Assembly: GCF_004010195.1 (NCBI RefSeq)
Contig: NC_057728.1
Location: 41,013,821-41,077,820, forward strand
Reading direction: 5' to 3'
DNA: 64,000 nucleotides
Source of the DNA: Chiloscyllium plagiosum
Taxonomy: Eukaryota
A program made the translations under genes and the position numbers. The number at the start of each line of letters is the position of its first letter. The stretch's first letter is position 1. Positions 52,613-63,590 of the stretch are shown here, one piece after another. The notes beneath the pieces were generated by a model. The model was not told the origin of the DNA, did not search any database, and saw only the letters and a list, made by a program, of their open reading frames with translations.

Positions 52613-53185
52613 CTTTTGCCACTCTTCAATGGGAGAGCAGTTCAATGGTCCCTGTTGACAGGGTTCCCACAGATCCTTTTGGCTTTCTAGGACTTGCAGC
52701 TCCTTGCGCTGTCATCTCCAGATATTTCCATTTGCTTGCAGGAGGCACAGTGCAAATAGTTCATACTTATTATATCAACTAGTGAGGGAAAAGAAACCGG
52801 CTTTAGATTTTTTTTTTTTACCTGGAGAAAAACTTTGATTTCCTTTCTAGCTACTCAGTGATTTCCCTCCCTATCATTCACAATCACCACACATTTTTGA
52901 GCCACCTATCAATCACCTACTCCACTCCATCATTTCCTGGCCAAATCTCCCTTTATACGCACTGACTGAACAAATCTGTCTCTGGTAATCTCTCTCCTCC
53001 AACCCCAACTCCCAACTTCCAACTCTCCTGAATTGCATACCCTGCCCACACCCCCACCCACACCCCACAAAAACCCAGCAGCAATGTAAAAGGGCTTAAA
53101 ATGTGTTAGCCTGCTTTTTAATAATTCTTTAGTTTCTAACAAGCCCTTTCCCATTTCAGTCCAATGTGAACAAACTGGAATTTTA

Positions 53186-55455
53186 GGCAAAAGTGAGGAC
53201 TGCGGATGCTGGAAACCAGAGTTTTTAGATCAGAGTGGTGCTGGAAAAGCACAGCAGGTCAGGCAGCATCCGAGGAGCAGGAAACATTTCAGACAAAAGC
53301 CCTTCATCCGGAATAGAGGCAGGGAGCCTCCGGGGTGGAGAGGTAAATGGGTGGGGTGGGGCTGGGGAGAAGGTAGCAAAGAGTACGATAGGTGAATGGG
53401 GGTGGGGATGGAGGTGATAGGTCAGAGGAGAGGGTGGAGTGGATAGGTGGGAAGAGAGATTGGCAGGTAGGACAGGTCATGGGGACAGTGCTGAGCGGGA
53501 AGGTTGGAACTGGGGTAAGTTGGGGGGAGGGGAAATGAGGAAACTGGTGAAATCCNNNNNNNNNNNNNNNNNNNNNNNNNNNNNNNNNNNNNNNNNNNNN
53601 NNNNNNNNNNNNNNNNNNNNNNNNNNNNNNNNNNNNNNNNNNNNNNNNNNNNNNNNNNNNNNNNNNNNNNNNNNNNNNNNNNNNNNNNNNNNNNNNNNNN
53701 NNNNNNNNNNNNNNNNNNNNNNNNNNNNNNNNNNNNNNNNNNNNNNNNNNNNNNNNNNNNNNNNNNNNNNNNNNNNNNNNNNNNNNNNNNNNNNNCTGGC
53801 CAGGTAGTCACGGAGGGAACGGTCTTTGCGGAAGGCGGAGAGTGGTGGGGAGGGAAATATATCCCTGGTGGTGGGGTCTGTTTGGAGGTGGCGGAAATGT
53901 CGGCGGATGATTTGGTTTATGCGAAGGTTGGTAGGGTGGAAGGTGAGGAGCAGGGGCGTTCTGTCCTTGTTGTGGTTGGAGGGGTTGGGTCTGAGGGCGG
54001 AGGTGCGGGATGTGGACGAGATGTGTTGGAGGGCATCTTTAACCACGTGGGAGGGGAAATTGCGGTCTCTAAAGAAGGTGGCCATCTGGTGTGTTCTATG
54101 GTGGAACCGCTCCTGGGAGCAGATACGGCGGAGGCGGGGGAATTGGGAATACGGGATGGCATTTTTGCAAGAGGTAGGGTGGGAAGAGGTGTAATCCAGG
54201 TAGCTGTGGGAGTCGGTGGGTTTGTAAAAAATGTCAGTGTCAAGTCGGTCGTCATTAATGGAGATGGGGAGGGAGGTGTCAGAGATGGTCCAGGTGAATT
54301 TAAGGTTGGGGTGGAATGTGTTGAAGTTGATGAACTGCTCAACCTCCTCTCGGGAGCACAAGGTGGCGGCGATGCAGTCATCAATGTAGCGGCGGAAGAG
54401 GTGGGGAGTGGTGCCGGTGTAATTACGGAAGATCAACTGCTCTACGTAGCCAACAAAGAGACAGGCCTAGCTGGGGCCCATACGTGTGCCCATGGCTACC
54501 CCTTTGGTCTGGAGGAAGTGGGAGGATTCAAAGGAGAAATTGTGAAGGGTGAGGACAAGTTCGGCCAAACGAATGAGAGTGTCGGTGGAAGGGTACTGTT
54601 GGGGACGTATGGAGAGGAAAAAACGGAGGGCTTGGAGGCCCTGGTCATGGCGGATGGAGGTGTAGAAGGATTGGATATCCATGGTGAAGGTGAGGCGTTG
54701 GGGGCCGGGGAAACGGAAGTCATGGAGGAGGTGGAGGGTGTGGGTGGTGTCTCGAACATATGTGGGGAGTTCCTGGACTAGAGGGGATAGGACAGTATCG
54801 AGGTAAGTTTGGTGGGGCAGGAGGATGATGAGACAATAGGTCAGCCAGGGTGGTCAGGCTTGTGGATCTTGAAGGAGGTAGAATCGGGCGGTGCGGGGTT
54901 CCTGGACTGAGGTTGGAAGCAGTGGCTGGGAGATCTCCTGAGATGATGTTGTGTATGATCTGGGAGATGATGGTTTGGTGATGGGGAGTGGGGTCATGGT
55001 CTTGGGTGTTGTAGGAGGAAGTGTCTTCGAGTTGGCGTCTGGCTTCAGCGGTGTAGAGGTCAGTGTGCCAAACTACCACTGCACCCCCTTTATCTGCTGG
55101 TTTGATGATGAGGTTGGGATTGGAGCAGAGGGAGTGGAGGACTGTGCATTGAGAGGTTGGAGTGGAGGAGGGGGGGTAGACAGTTTGCGGCAGTTAATGT
55201 CTCGGCGACAGTTGGGAATGAAGAGATCGAGGGCGGGTAATAAGCTAGCATAGGGTGGATGGACTGTGTTGGAGGCAAGTGAAGGGGTCTTCGGAAGGTG
55301 GGCGGGAGTCCTGAGTGTGCATGTAAGCTTGGAGGCAGCAGAAGAAGTATTCGAAATCATGATGCATATTAAATTCATTGATGTGTGAACGGAGGGGGAT
55401 AAAGGTAAGGCCTTTGCTAAGGACTGATCGTTCGTCCTCAGTAAGGGGAAGGTCA
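53186..55455 (-). mobile_element. Penelope-like retroelement, family A, ~2.3 kb, frameshifted RT pseudogene
   Basis: LSKGLTFIP and IIKPADKGGAVVVW (N-terminal/DKG region); MDIQSFYTSI and GVAMGTRMGPS; RYIDD; FYKPTDSHSYLDYTSSHP..CKNAIPYSQF. The GIY-YIG region probably falls in the N gap; the 3' end matches family A arms. Confidence 0.93.
53556..53795. other. Assembly gap (240 N)
   Basis: Run of N. Confidence 1.
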
Positions 55456-55564
55456 TTACGCAGGACATTAAGTCCAACTGGTCCATGGTTAAGCTAATAC
55501 CCTATATTACCCTCTTCTAACCCCCTATGTCATCGTCATCAACCTTCTATTTCTTCTTGTTCTA

Positions 55565-56007
55565 GTTGCCTTTCTATAGGAAGGATATTATGAAATTGGA
55601 AAGCATGCAGAAAGCGATTCACAAGGATGTTATCAGGACTGGAGGATTTGAGTTATAAGGAGAGACTGGATCAGCTGAGGCTTTTTCACTGGAGTGTAGG
55701 AGGTTGAGAGGTGACCTTCAGTAGTTTATAAAATCCTGAGCATAGACAAGGTGAATAGCCAAAGGTCTTTTCCCGAGGGTAGGGGAGTTCAAAACTGAAG
55801 GGCATAGTTTTAAGGTGAGGGGGAAAAATTTAAAAGGGACCTGAGGCAATTTTTTTTCATGTATAGGATGGTGTGTATGTGGAATGAACTGCCAGAGGAA
55901 GTGGTGGATGCAGGTACAGTAACAATGTTTAAAAGACATTTGGGCAGGTACATGGATAGGAAAGGTTTAGAGGCATATGGGTCAAGTGTGGGTTGGTGGG
56001 ACTAGTT
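55565..56007 (+). mobile_element. CR1/HER1 3' fragment (tail resumes at 56653-56710)
   Basis: RFTRMLSGLEDLSYKERLD and VWNELPEEVV motifs. Confidence 0.9.
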
Positions 56008-56652
56008 ATACATGTCATAGAGATGTACAGCATGGAAACAGACCCTTCCATGCCGACCAGAGATCCCAACCCAATCTAGTCCCAACTGCCAACACCCAGC
56101 CCACATCCCTCCAAACCCTTCCTATTCATATACCCATCCAAATGCCTCTTAAATGTTGCACTTGTACCAGCCTCCTCCACTTCCTCTGGCAGCTTATTCC
56201 ATACCCGTACCAGCCTCTGTGTGAAAAAGTTGCCTCTTAGATCTCTTTTTATATCTTTCCCCTCTCACCCTAAACCTATGCCCTCTAGTTCTGGACTCCC
56301 TGACCCTAGGGAAAAGGCTTTGCCTATTTACCTTATCCATGCCCCTCATAATTTTGTAAAGGTCTATAAGGTCATCCCTCAGCCTCCGACACTCCAAGGA
56401 AAATAGCCCCAGCCTGTTCAGCCTCTCCCTATAGCTCAAATCCTCCAACCCTGGCAATATCCTTGTCAATCTTTTCTGAACCCTCAAGTTTCACAACATC
56501 TTTCCGATAGGAAAGAGATCAGAATTGCAAGCAATATTCCAACGGTGGCCGAACCAATGCCCTGTACAGCCGCAACATGACCTCCCAACTCCTGCACTCA
56601 ATACTCTGACCAATAAAAGAGAGCATACCAAACACCGCCTTCACTATCCTAG
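56008..56652 (-). mobile_element. CR1/HER1 3' ~0.65 kb inserted in the tail of an opposite-strand copy
   Basis: ORF 56194-56487; ctagtt duplication at 56002-56007 and 56653-56658. Confidence 0.92.
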
Positions 56653-56769
56653 CTAGTTTAGGAAATCTCTGGCTGGCATGGACAAGTTGGTCTGAAGGGC
56701 CTGTATGACTAAGTGTTTATCAAGCTTTAACTAGTGATAATTCTTACGCACAAGCTGGGGACACTAGGT

Positions 56770-57092
56770 TTAGATTAGATTAGATTACTTACAGTGTGGA
56801 AACAGGCCCTTCGGCCCAACAAGTCCACACTGACCCGCCGAAGCGTATACCACCCAGACCCATACTCCTACGTTTACCCCTTCACCTAACACTACGGGCA
56901 ATTTAGCATGGCCAATTCACCTAACCTGCACATTTTTGGATTGTGGGAGGAAACCGGAGCACCCGGAGGAAACCCACGCAGCCACTGGGAGAATGTGCAA
57001 ACTCCACACAGAGAGTCGTCTGAGGCGGGAGTTGAACCCGGGTCTCTGGCGCTGTGAGGCAGCAGTGCTAACCACTGTGCCACCGTGCCGCC
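56770..57092 (-). mobile_element. HE1-type V-SINE, young
   Basis: CpG-rich intact head, V-domain and (tctaa)n tail. Confidence 0.95.
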
Positions 57093-57510
57093 AAGGTTAA
57101 ATCCAACTATACCAGCAGATGCAATTCAATTAATAAAATCTGAAATTAAAAGTTGATCTTAACAATAGGGACCATAAAACTATCATCAATTGTCATAAAA
57201 ACTCATTTGATTCATGAATATTGTTTCTAAGCTAAAGAAATGCACCATCCTTGCATGATGTAATGTATAATATGGAAGAATCTTTTTTTTCTTCTTCTTC
57301 AGTGCAAAACCACTACTTCAGAGATCCTGGTGAGAGTTGGATGTGTGAAACTGTTCCTTTTTTTTTAAATTCAGTTATGGAATGAAGCCATCCCAGGCCA
57401 GGATTTATTATCCATCCCGAATTGCCGTGAGGGCAGTTTAAGAGTCACATGTAGTCCAGGCGAGGGAAGGACGGCAGTTTCCTTCCCTAAAGGACACGAG
57501 TGAACTGAAT

Positions 57511-57838
57511 GCTGTAAATCAGAAACAAAAACAGAAAATGCTGGAAAAGCTCAGCAGATTTGGCACCATCTTTTTTTGAGAAAAATCAGACTTAATGACT
57601 CAGCTCGGGTGACCCTTCCCCAGATTTGGTTCGTTTAGACCCTCCAGAAGGGTCGCTCAACCTGAAGGGTTAAGGGCATCAGTGGGAGAGAAATCAGAGT
57701 GAACTCTTCGGGTCGGGTGACCCTTCTGAAACAACCCAAATCTGAAGAGAGGTCACCTGACCTGAGTCATTTAACTCGTGATTTTTCTGCACAGATGCTG
57801 CCAACTTGCTGAGCATTTCCAGCAATTTGTTTGTTTTC
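57511..57838. mobile_element. Four-armed foldback of family-D PLE-like ends, inside a SINE
   Basis: Alternating -/+/-/+ copies of the gggtgacccttc / gaagggtcac hammerhead stem region. Confidence 0.7.
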
Positions 57839-59501
57839 CCATTATCTGCAAAGTAAGGATTCAAACCTGGGTCTCTGGATTAATAGTCCAGCAATAATAC
57901 CACTAAGCCATTTCCCCTTTTGAAGAAATATCTCCAGAAAGAAGATCACTTAGAATGGTCAGGATTTAAATTAAGTGTAAGGATTTTAGTTTGAACATTC
58001 CAGACCAGAGATGTCTCGTTAGAACTTTGAAGGGTGTTTTGAAAGTAAGAAAATGTATGCTCGGTTGTGGACTGACTTAAGGAAGAGGGTACCAAATTCT
58101 CAGGCATGCCTGTGAAAGAAACAATTAAGTTAATCCTTTAAGGTATGGGAGCAGCATACCTTAAATTGATGGCACTGTATTTTTACCATCTGGTTCAAAA
58201 TCTGCTTAACTTTTTTTACTGTTCAGACTAGATCTGCAACATTGCATGTGTGTGTTTCAGTGAGGTAGCACCTCATTAAATCAAACCAAAATATGATCAA
58301 TCAAGCCAGATTGCAGTCTGGGATCTGACTTGTCTGGTCATATTGTCAGCTGTGATCATAAACATTTATCTGATCTGGCCTAAATGTGACTATAGATCCA
58401 TGTTAATGTGATCGACTCTTGAGCCCTTTTAAATGGGTTAGCAAAGTACTCTGCTCAAGGGCATTTAGAAATAGCCTTATCAGTGATAGCCTCATCTTGG
58501 GAGGGGGGAAGAAGTAAAGGAGATTATTAAGAAAGGAGGTTATAGCCAAAGTTTAAAATCCTGTTGGAAAAACAAACCAAGGTAATTTAACTGGCTCTGT
58601 TTGTGACAACTGGAGGAGTGAGATAGGGAATTTGGAAAACCATTTTATAGCACTGTATAAGCAGTTTTAAGACGTCTAATATTAGAGGGAGAGTGAGTAA
58701 ATTAGAACACCTCAGTACATTTATTACCATATAATATTATGGATGGTAACTGGAATTCTTATTGTAACAGATGGTTTGCAGTTGTACCAAATTCTTGAAA
58801 AACTGCAAGCCGAGGAAAGTATGGTGTATTAATGCAGAGCGTTTAGTAATTGTAGAGAAGTGGATTCTCCGTGTGAATGTCTTGAGTACTGTAAACATTT
58901 AGTAACCTGCACAATATTGCAATGTTCATAGAGAACTATGGATGAAAGATGTCAGTAATTTTTCTGCTCCAGATAAACATTCAAACATGATTTTTGTTGA
59001 AATATTCTGTTTGATATCTTTAAATTGTCATTGCATTGCGGATCTGAAAAAATGTAGCTAAACGCTCGCTCATTAGCAGCTGTGGGAAACTTTAAGAATG
59101 TGAAGTGGGAACACTTTTGGAGGAAACAACTTGGAGAGTGTAAAGCCAATACAATTTATTTCATTTCAAGTTTGAAACATAAGTAAGGCAGTTTTAAAAC
59201 TCCAGGATTGTGGAAGGAGATGCAGCACTTTTTCTAAATAAAAACAAGTTCCTGAAACTAAATGGAGGTCCTGCTTTATACTGCTCTCCTGATGCAGTGA
59301 TGGAAGCTGTTTTGTAGACTGGCTGGCATTTGGCGTGTATACAAAATTACATTTGGCTGGCAACAGGTTGATTGTAGAGTGGTGACTAGTTATGGATGCT
59401 AAAGGCCTTTAGCCTGACAACTATCTGATTGGCTGCTGGTAGCTGAACTATGTGTGTAAATGATATTGTCAGAGCCTTCAGACTGCTAAAAGGGCAGATG
59501 G

Positions 59502-59526
59502 TGTGTGTGTGTGTGTGTGTGTGTGT
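59502..59526. repeat. (GT)n microsatellite
   Basis: About 12 units, read directly. Confidence 0.95.
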
Positions 59527-60304
59527 CACTGTCTTCAGTAAAACAGGTGAAACGTGAAGAAAGCCAGTTTATTTACTTGCATCTATTTATGAGCTAGTTG
59601 CTCTGTGCCTCCTGTAAACAAATACGGGAACCTGAACAAAAAGATCAGAAAACCGAAGGACTTGAAACAAACTGAACAACCCTTTGAATCCTGTTTTTCC
59701 CCTCTCCACCATTGCATTAATTTTCTTTTGTGTGTGTATTGGAGGGACTTTGGAAGGGGGTTACAGTTTTAATTTCTGGAGTTGCATGTTGGCAGTTAAT
59801 AGTTATTTATTTGTGGTTAATTCTATTTGTTACAAATTCAAACTCTTAATAAGCACAGTAACATGGTCTTTTTTTTTCTCTTGAGTCTATCTGACAGATA
59901 ACTTGGGGACTTAGTAAAACTCTCCCTCATGCTTCCCCTAACTGTCACTGTATTTTACACCTCTTCTATGTAGTATCAACTTATTCATTGTTACCTCACT
60001 TTTTGGTCTGAAGTCCCTACAAGACTTTATTAGTAACAATTTTTTTAATGGTTCCAGTTTTGTTCTCCCCTACAAGTATAAATGTCTGCTCAATGCCATT
60101 CTTATCAGACCCCTTTTTTAAATAATTCTAACAGCCAATTAGATCAGTCCCAGCTTTTGCTTTTCTTAAGTACCCCACCTTGATCTGCCCTTCCATGGTA
60201 ACAATTCTTCTGATTTTTCTTTGTGCATTCTCCTGTGCCCCTCTATCCATTTTATGGTATGGAGGCCAGAGTTTTCCTTTGGTTGTATTTGCAATTAATG
60301 TAGT

Positions 60305-60472
60305 GGAAATGGTGAGAACTACAGATGCTGGAGAGTCCGAGTGGATGTGGAAAGAGCACAGCAGGTCAGAAGGGGAGTCGACATTTCAGATACCGACCTG
60401 AAACATCGTCTCCCCTTCTCTGATGCCACTTGACCTGCTGTGCTGTTTCCACATCCACTGCATCCATTTTCA
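60305..60472. mobile_element. Foldback PLE-end mini-element, older A/C-like, centre deleted
   Basis: gtggatgtggaaagagcacagcaggtca / tgacctgctgtgctgtttccacatccac arms; TSD aattaat(g/t)tagt at 60293-60304 and 60473-60484. Confidence 0.75.
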
Positions 60473-60666
60473 AATTAATTTAGTCTTGGAAGTGAATGGC
60501 ATGCTTTGTTTCCATTTATGAACATTGCTATTTAAATCCAAATGACTTATTTAGAACAGTGGTTGTGAAAGTATTTTTCACAAAGGTTGGATTGTTTGAT
60601 TTGTTTGGTCTTGCTTTAACCCTGTCATGTTCAATTGACTTTGATTCAAAGTCCAGAATAATGCTT

Positions 60667-60949
60667 GAATCATAGAATCCTTACAGTGCAGGTAGAGGCT
60701 AATTGGCTCATTGAGTCTGCACTGACCCTCTGAAGAGCATCCCACTCGGACTAATCCCACCACCTATCCCTGTATTTACCCTGATTAACCCACCTAATCT
60801 GCACACCTCTGGACACTGGGTGACTTAGCACAGCCACTCCATCTAACCTTTGGACTGTGGGAGGAAACTGGAGCACCTGGAGGAAATCCACACAGACACT
60901 AGGAGAATGTGCAAACTCCACACACAGTCAACCAAGGCTGGATTTGAAC
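60667..60949 (-). mobile_element. HE1-related V-SINE lacking the 5' head
   Basis: V-domain and gattctatgattc tail. Confidence 0.85.
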
Positions 60950-61149
60950 AATAATCAGCAGAGAGTGTGTGGAAAGAAATCGGGAATGGAACTTGTTTTT
61001 ATGTAGGCACCTTTTTAATCTCTGAACTTTGGAGTTTGCATCACAAGTGCATCCTTGCATCTAATCCAAACAGCCAGGGAAATGGGACCCTGCTCCCCAC
61101 ACACAGAAGAGGATGTGATTTCTTTTTGATTTAGTTGGTGGCCCACATG

Positions 61150-61540
61150 TCTGTGTGGATTGAAGTCTACATCAGGACAGGGCAGGGCAGAAAGAAAAAA
61201 ATCAAAGCAAGGCTGGCACTCCAGTGCAATACTGTGGGAGAGCTGCACTGTTGCAGGTACCATTTGTCAGCTGAGACAATATACAAGATCTTGAGACACT
61301 GCTTTTGAACAAGTGCAAGGAAGTTATCCTTGGTGATCTAGCAAATATTTATTCCTCAAACAAATCAAAAAAGCAGGTGATCTGGTCATTAGCTTCGTGT
61401 GTTTGTGGGATTTTGCTGCAGATAAATTGGCAGCCTTTTTGCATTGCAACCCTGCTTACACTGAAAATACTTCACTGAATGTACGACACTTTGAGGCATG
61501 CTGTGGTTGTGAAAATAACTATGAATGCAAGTATTCATTA
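61150..61540 (+). mobile_element. DeuSINE (SacSINE1/AmnSINE1-like), decayed
   Basis: gatctggtcatta...tgtttgtgggattttgctg...aaattggcagcc...gttgtgaaaa...aatgcaagt, matching the recalled Deu-domain and tail. Confidence 0.65.
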
Positions 61541-61827
61541 TTCATGTTCAATATTTATTTAGTAATATGTGAAACCACCTGGTGTTTTCTAGATTGCAGG
61601 TTGAAATTGCTCAAATTCCTGAATATTAGATTTTTTAATGCATCCTTTGTTAGTTTTCTGAAACATGCAGTATACAAATGGGTTCTTATTCGTTTAATAA
61701 CCTGAATGTTTTGTAATTGTGTTCTCAAATTCAGCATAAGAATTGGCAGACTTCCCAATGGATTATTGGAGATTTCAGCCGAAGTGATTGAATTTCCTTA
61801 GGTCTATATTGCATCACCGAAGCCAGG

Positions 61828-61831
61828 TGTG

Positions 61832-61863
<32 letters not shown>

Positions 61864-61897
61864 GCGTGCGGGCGCTCTCTCTCTCTCTCCCTCTGCC
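61828..61897. repeat. Compound GT/CTGT/(CT)n microsatellite
   Basis: Read directly. Confidence 0.9.
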
Positions 61898-63344
61898 TCT
61901 CCCTCTCCACGCATATATGTGAATGCACACAAGGGGGTACACGACGGAACTCCGCTCCTGCGGTTCAGTGCTGTTGCCTGATGCTGTTGAGCCTGTGTGC
62001 ACAAATGGTCTTTAGGGCATTCCTCTGTTTGATATCTGTGCAGTTCCTTGGAGAGGCTGTAAAATTGACAAACCTCTGAAGTACGCAGTTTTACAGACTT
62101 ACTTAAAATGACAGTCTCCGAATTGTAATGGAGCAGGAGGTCATTTGACCGATCCATGTCTGCACCAACTCTGAATACGCATTCTGATTTAACACCACTC
62201 TCCTGTCTTTTCCACAAAAACCTGAATTTTTGTTTCTATTTCAGTAAGCACCTAATGCCACCTTGAATGCCTCAATTAAACCTGCCTCCGCTAATCCTGT
62301 CTGTTGCTATTTGGTTGAAGCTGTAAAAAAAAATTTAAATCAAAAATTGCATTTAAAAGCTCATGTAGTTGCTGCTCCTTAACCTCTCTGGGTGAAGCGG
62401 CAGTTCCACTGGCCTTCAACACCTTGCCCGGTTCAAGGCCATTTGCTACTCCAGTTGAGGTCAGTCAATTCAGCTCCAGTTTAATTTCTAAAAGGAAAAA
62501 AGCAGGGAAAAATTGCAGAAAAGCACAGCCTTAATTTGAATGTTGCTTAAACTTGCCTCACTCCAGGAGGAAGGAGGGAACAGGTGTGGTTCTGACTCTG
62601 CATTATAATTACTACTTTTTTCATCCTTTTGCTTCCTATGATGGTGTTCAGCAATGAAGAATATTTCAGGTCTGTTCTTGGTTGTAATAGGTCCATGCTG
62701 TGCAGATTGATAGGTCCTGTCTAGATGCTTGCATTTTTAACTGTAAATGTATTTAGTCTTCAGGAGAATACTGTATTGATGTCTTACTTTTGAGCAACCT
62801 GTCAACTGAGACACCCTCTTGCTTTATAAGGTGATTGTCTCTTGAGATGTTTGATTACAGTTTGTTTTTAAACTAACCTCACTTTAATCTTGCTAATGTT
62901 TTATGTTTATTCTAATTAGTTTTTATAGAACTGAAGCTTGACACAATGGTGAAGCAAACTGGAAAATTGAACTGCACTGCCAACTGTAGAGAAATCAAGC
63001 AAAAAGTCTCTGAACCACCTCATTTAATTTTCCTGTTCCTGTCATTTTTGTTTAATTTATCTGTCCCAAAGTCTGTGTCTTTCTTTTTCTTCTCTGAAAC
63101 ACTACTTAATTTAGATTCAGTGCTACTTGTAATCTACTGGATGATTCACTACAAAATTCTTGCATGTCTCTGCTCTTCAGTCATTTTGTTTTGTCCTGTT
63201 GTCTATGACCATATGATAACCTGAGGCCACAGTGCAGAAGCGGTTAGTTCACACAAACTAAACAAATCATTTAGTTGTTCAAAAGCATGTTTTTAAAAAA
63301 AAAACCTTGAGTATGAGTAAGCCTTTTGACTGCTTATATCTGCA

Positions 63345-63590
63345 CTACCATTCATGACCATGCCTAATCTGGTTATGGACTTGACTCTGCTTTTCTGAAC
63401 ACCCATAACATTTGATTTGTTTGTCTCTCAAAAATGCAACTTGGCCTTGAGTAAATTTTAAATACCTAGCCTTTCCGACATTCTGGGGAAGGGAATTCCA
63501 CACTCTATAGATCCTCTGAGAATAAAAAAACAAATTTTCCTCATTCTCTGCCTTAAAAGGGAGACCTCTTATTCTTAATCTTTTGTTAAA
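63345..63590 (-). mobile_element. CR1 LINE 3' end, decayed
   Basis: ORF 63345-63593: FYSQRIYRVWNSLPQ. Confidence 0.75.

Noticed and set aside
51595..53110. Possible LTR-like element split by CR1 (also ~59390-59900)
   Set aside because: Could not define TG...CA ends or a TSD
53422..53811. ORFs spanning X runs
   Set aside because: Artefacts of the N gap
53882..54781. 299-aa plus-strand ORF
   Set aside because: Antisense shadow of the GC-rich PLE RT; low-complexity G/V/E composition
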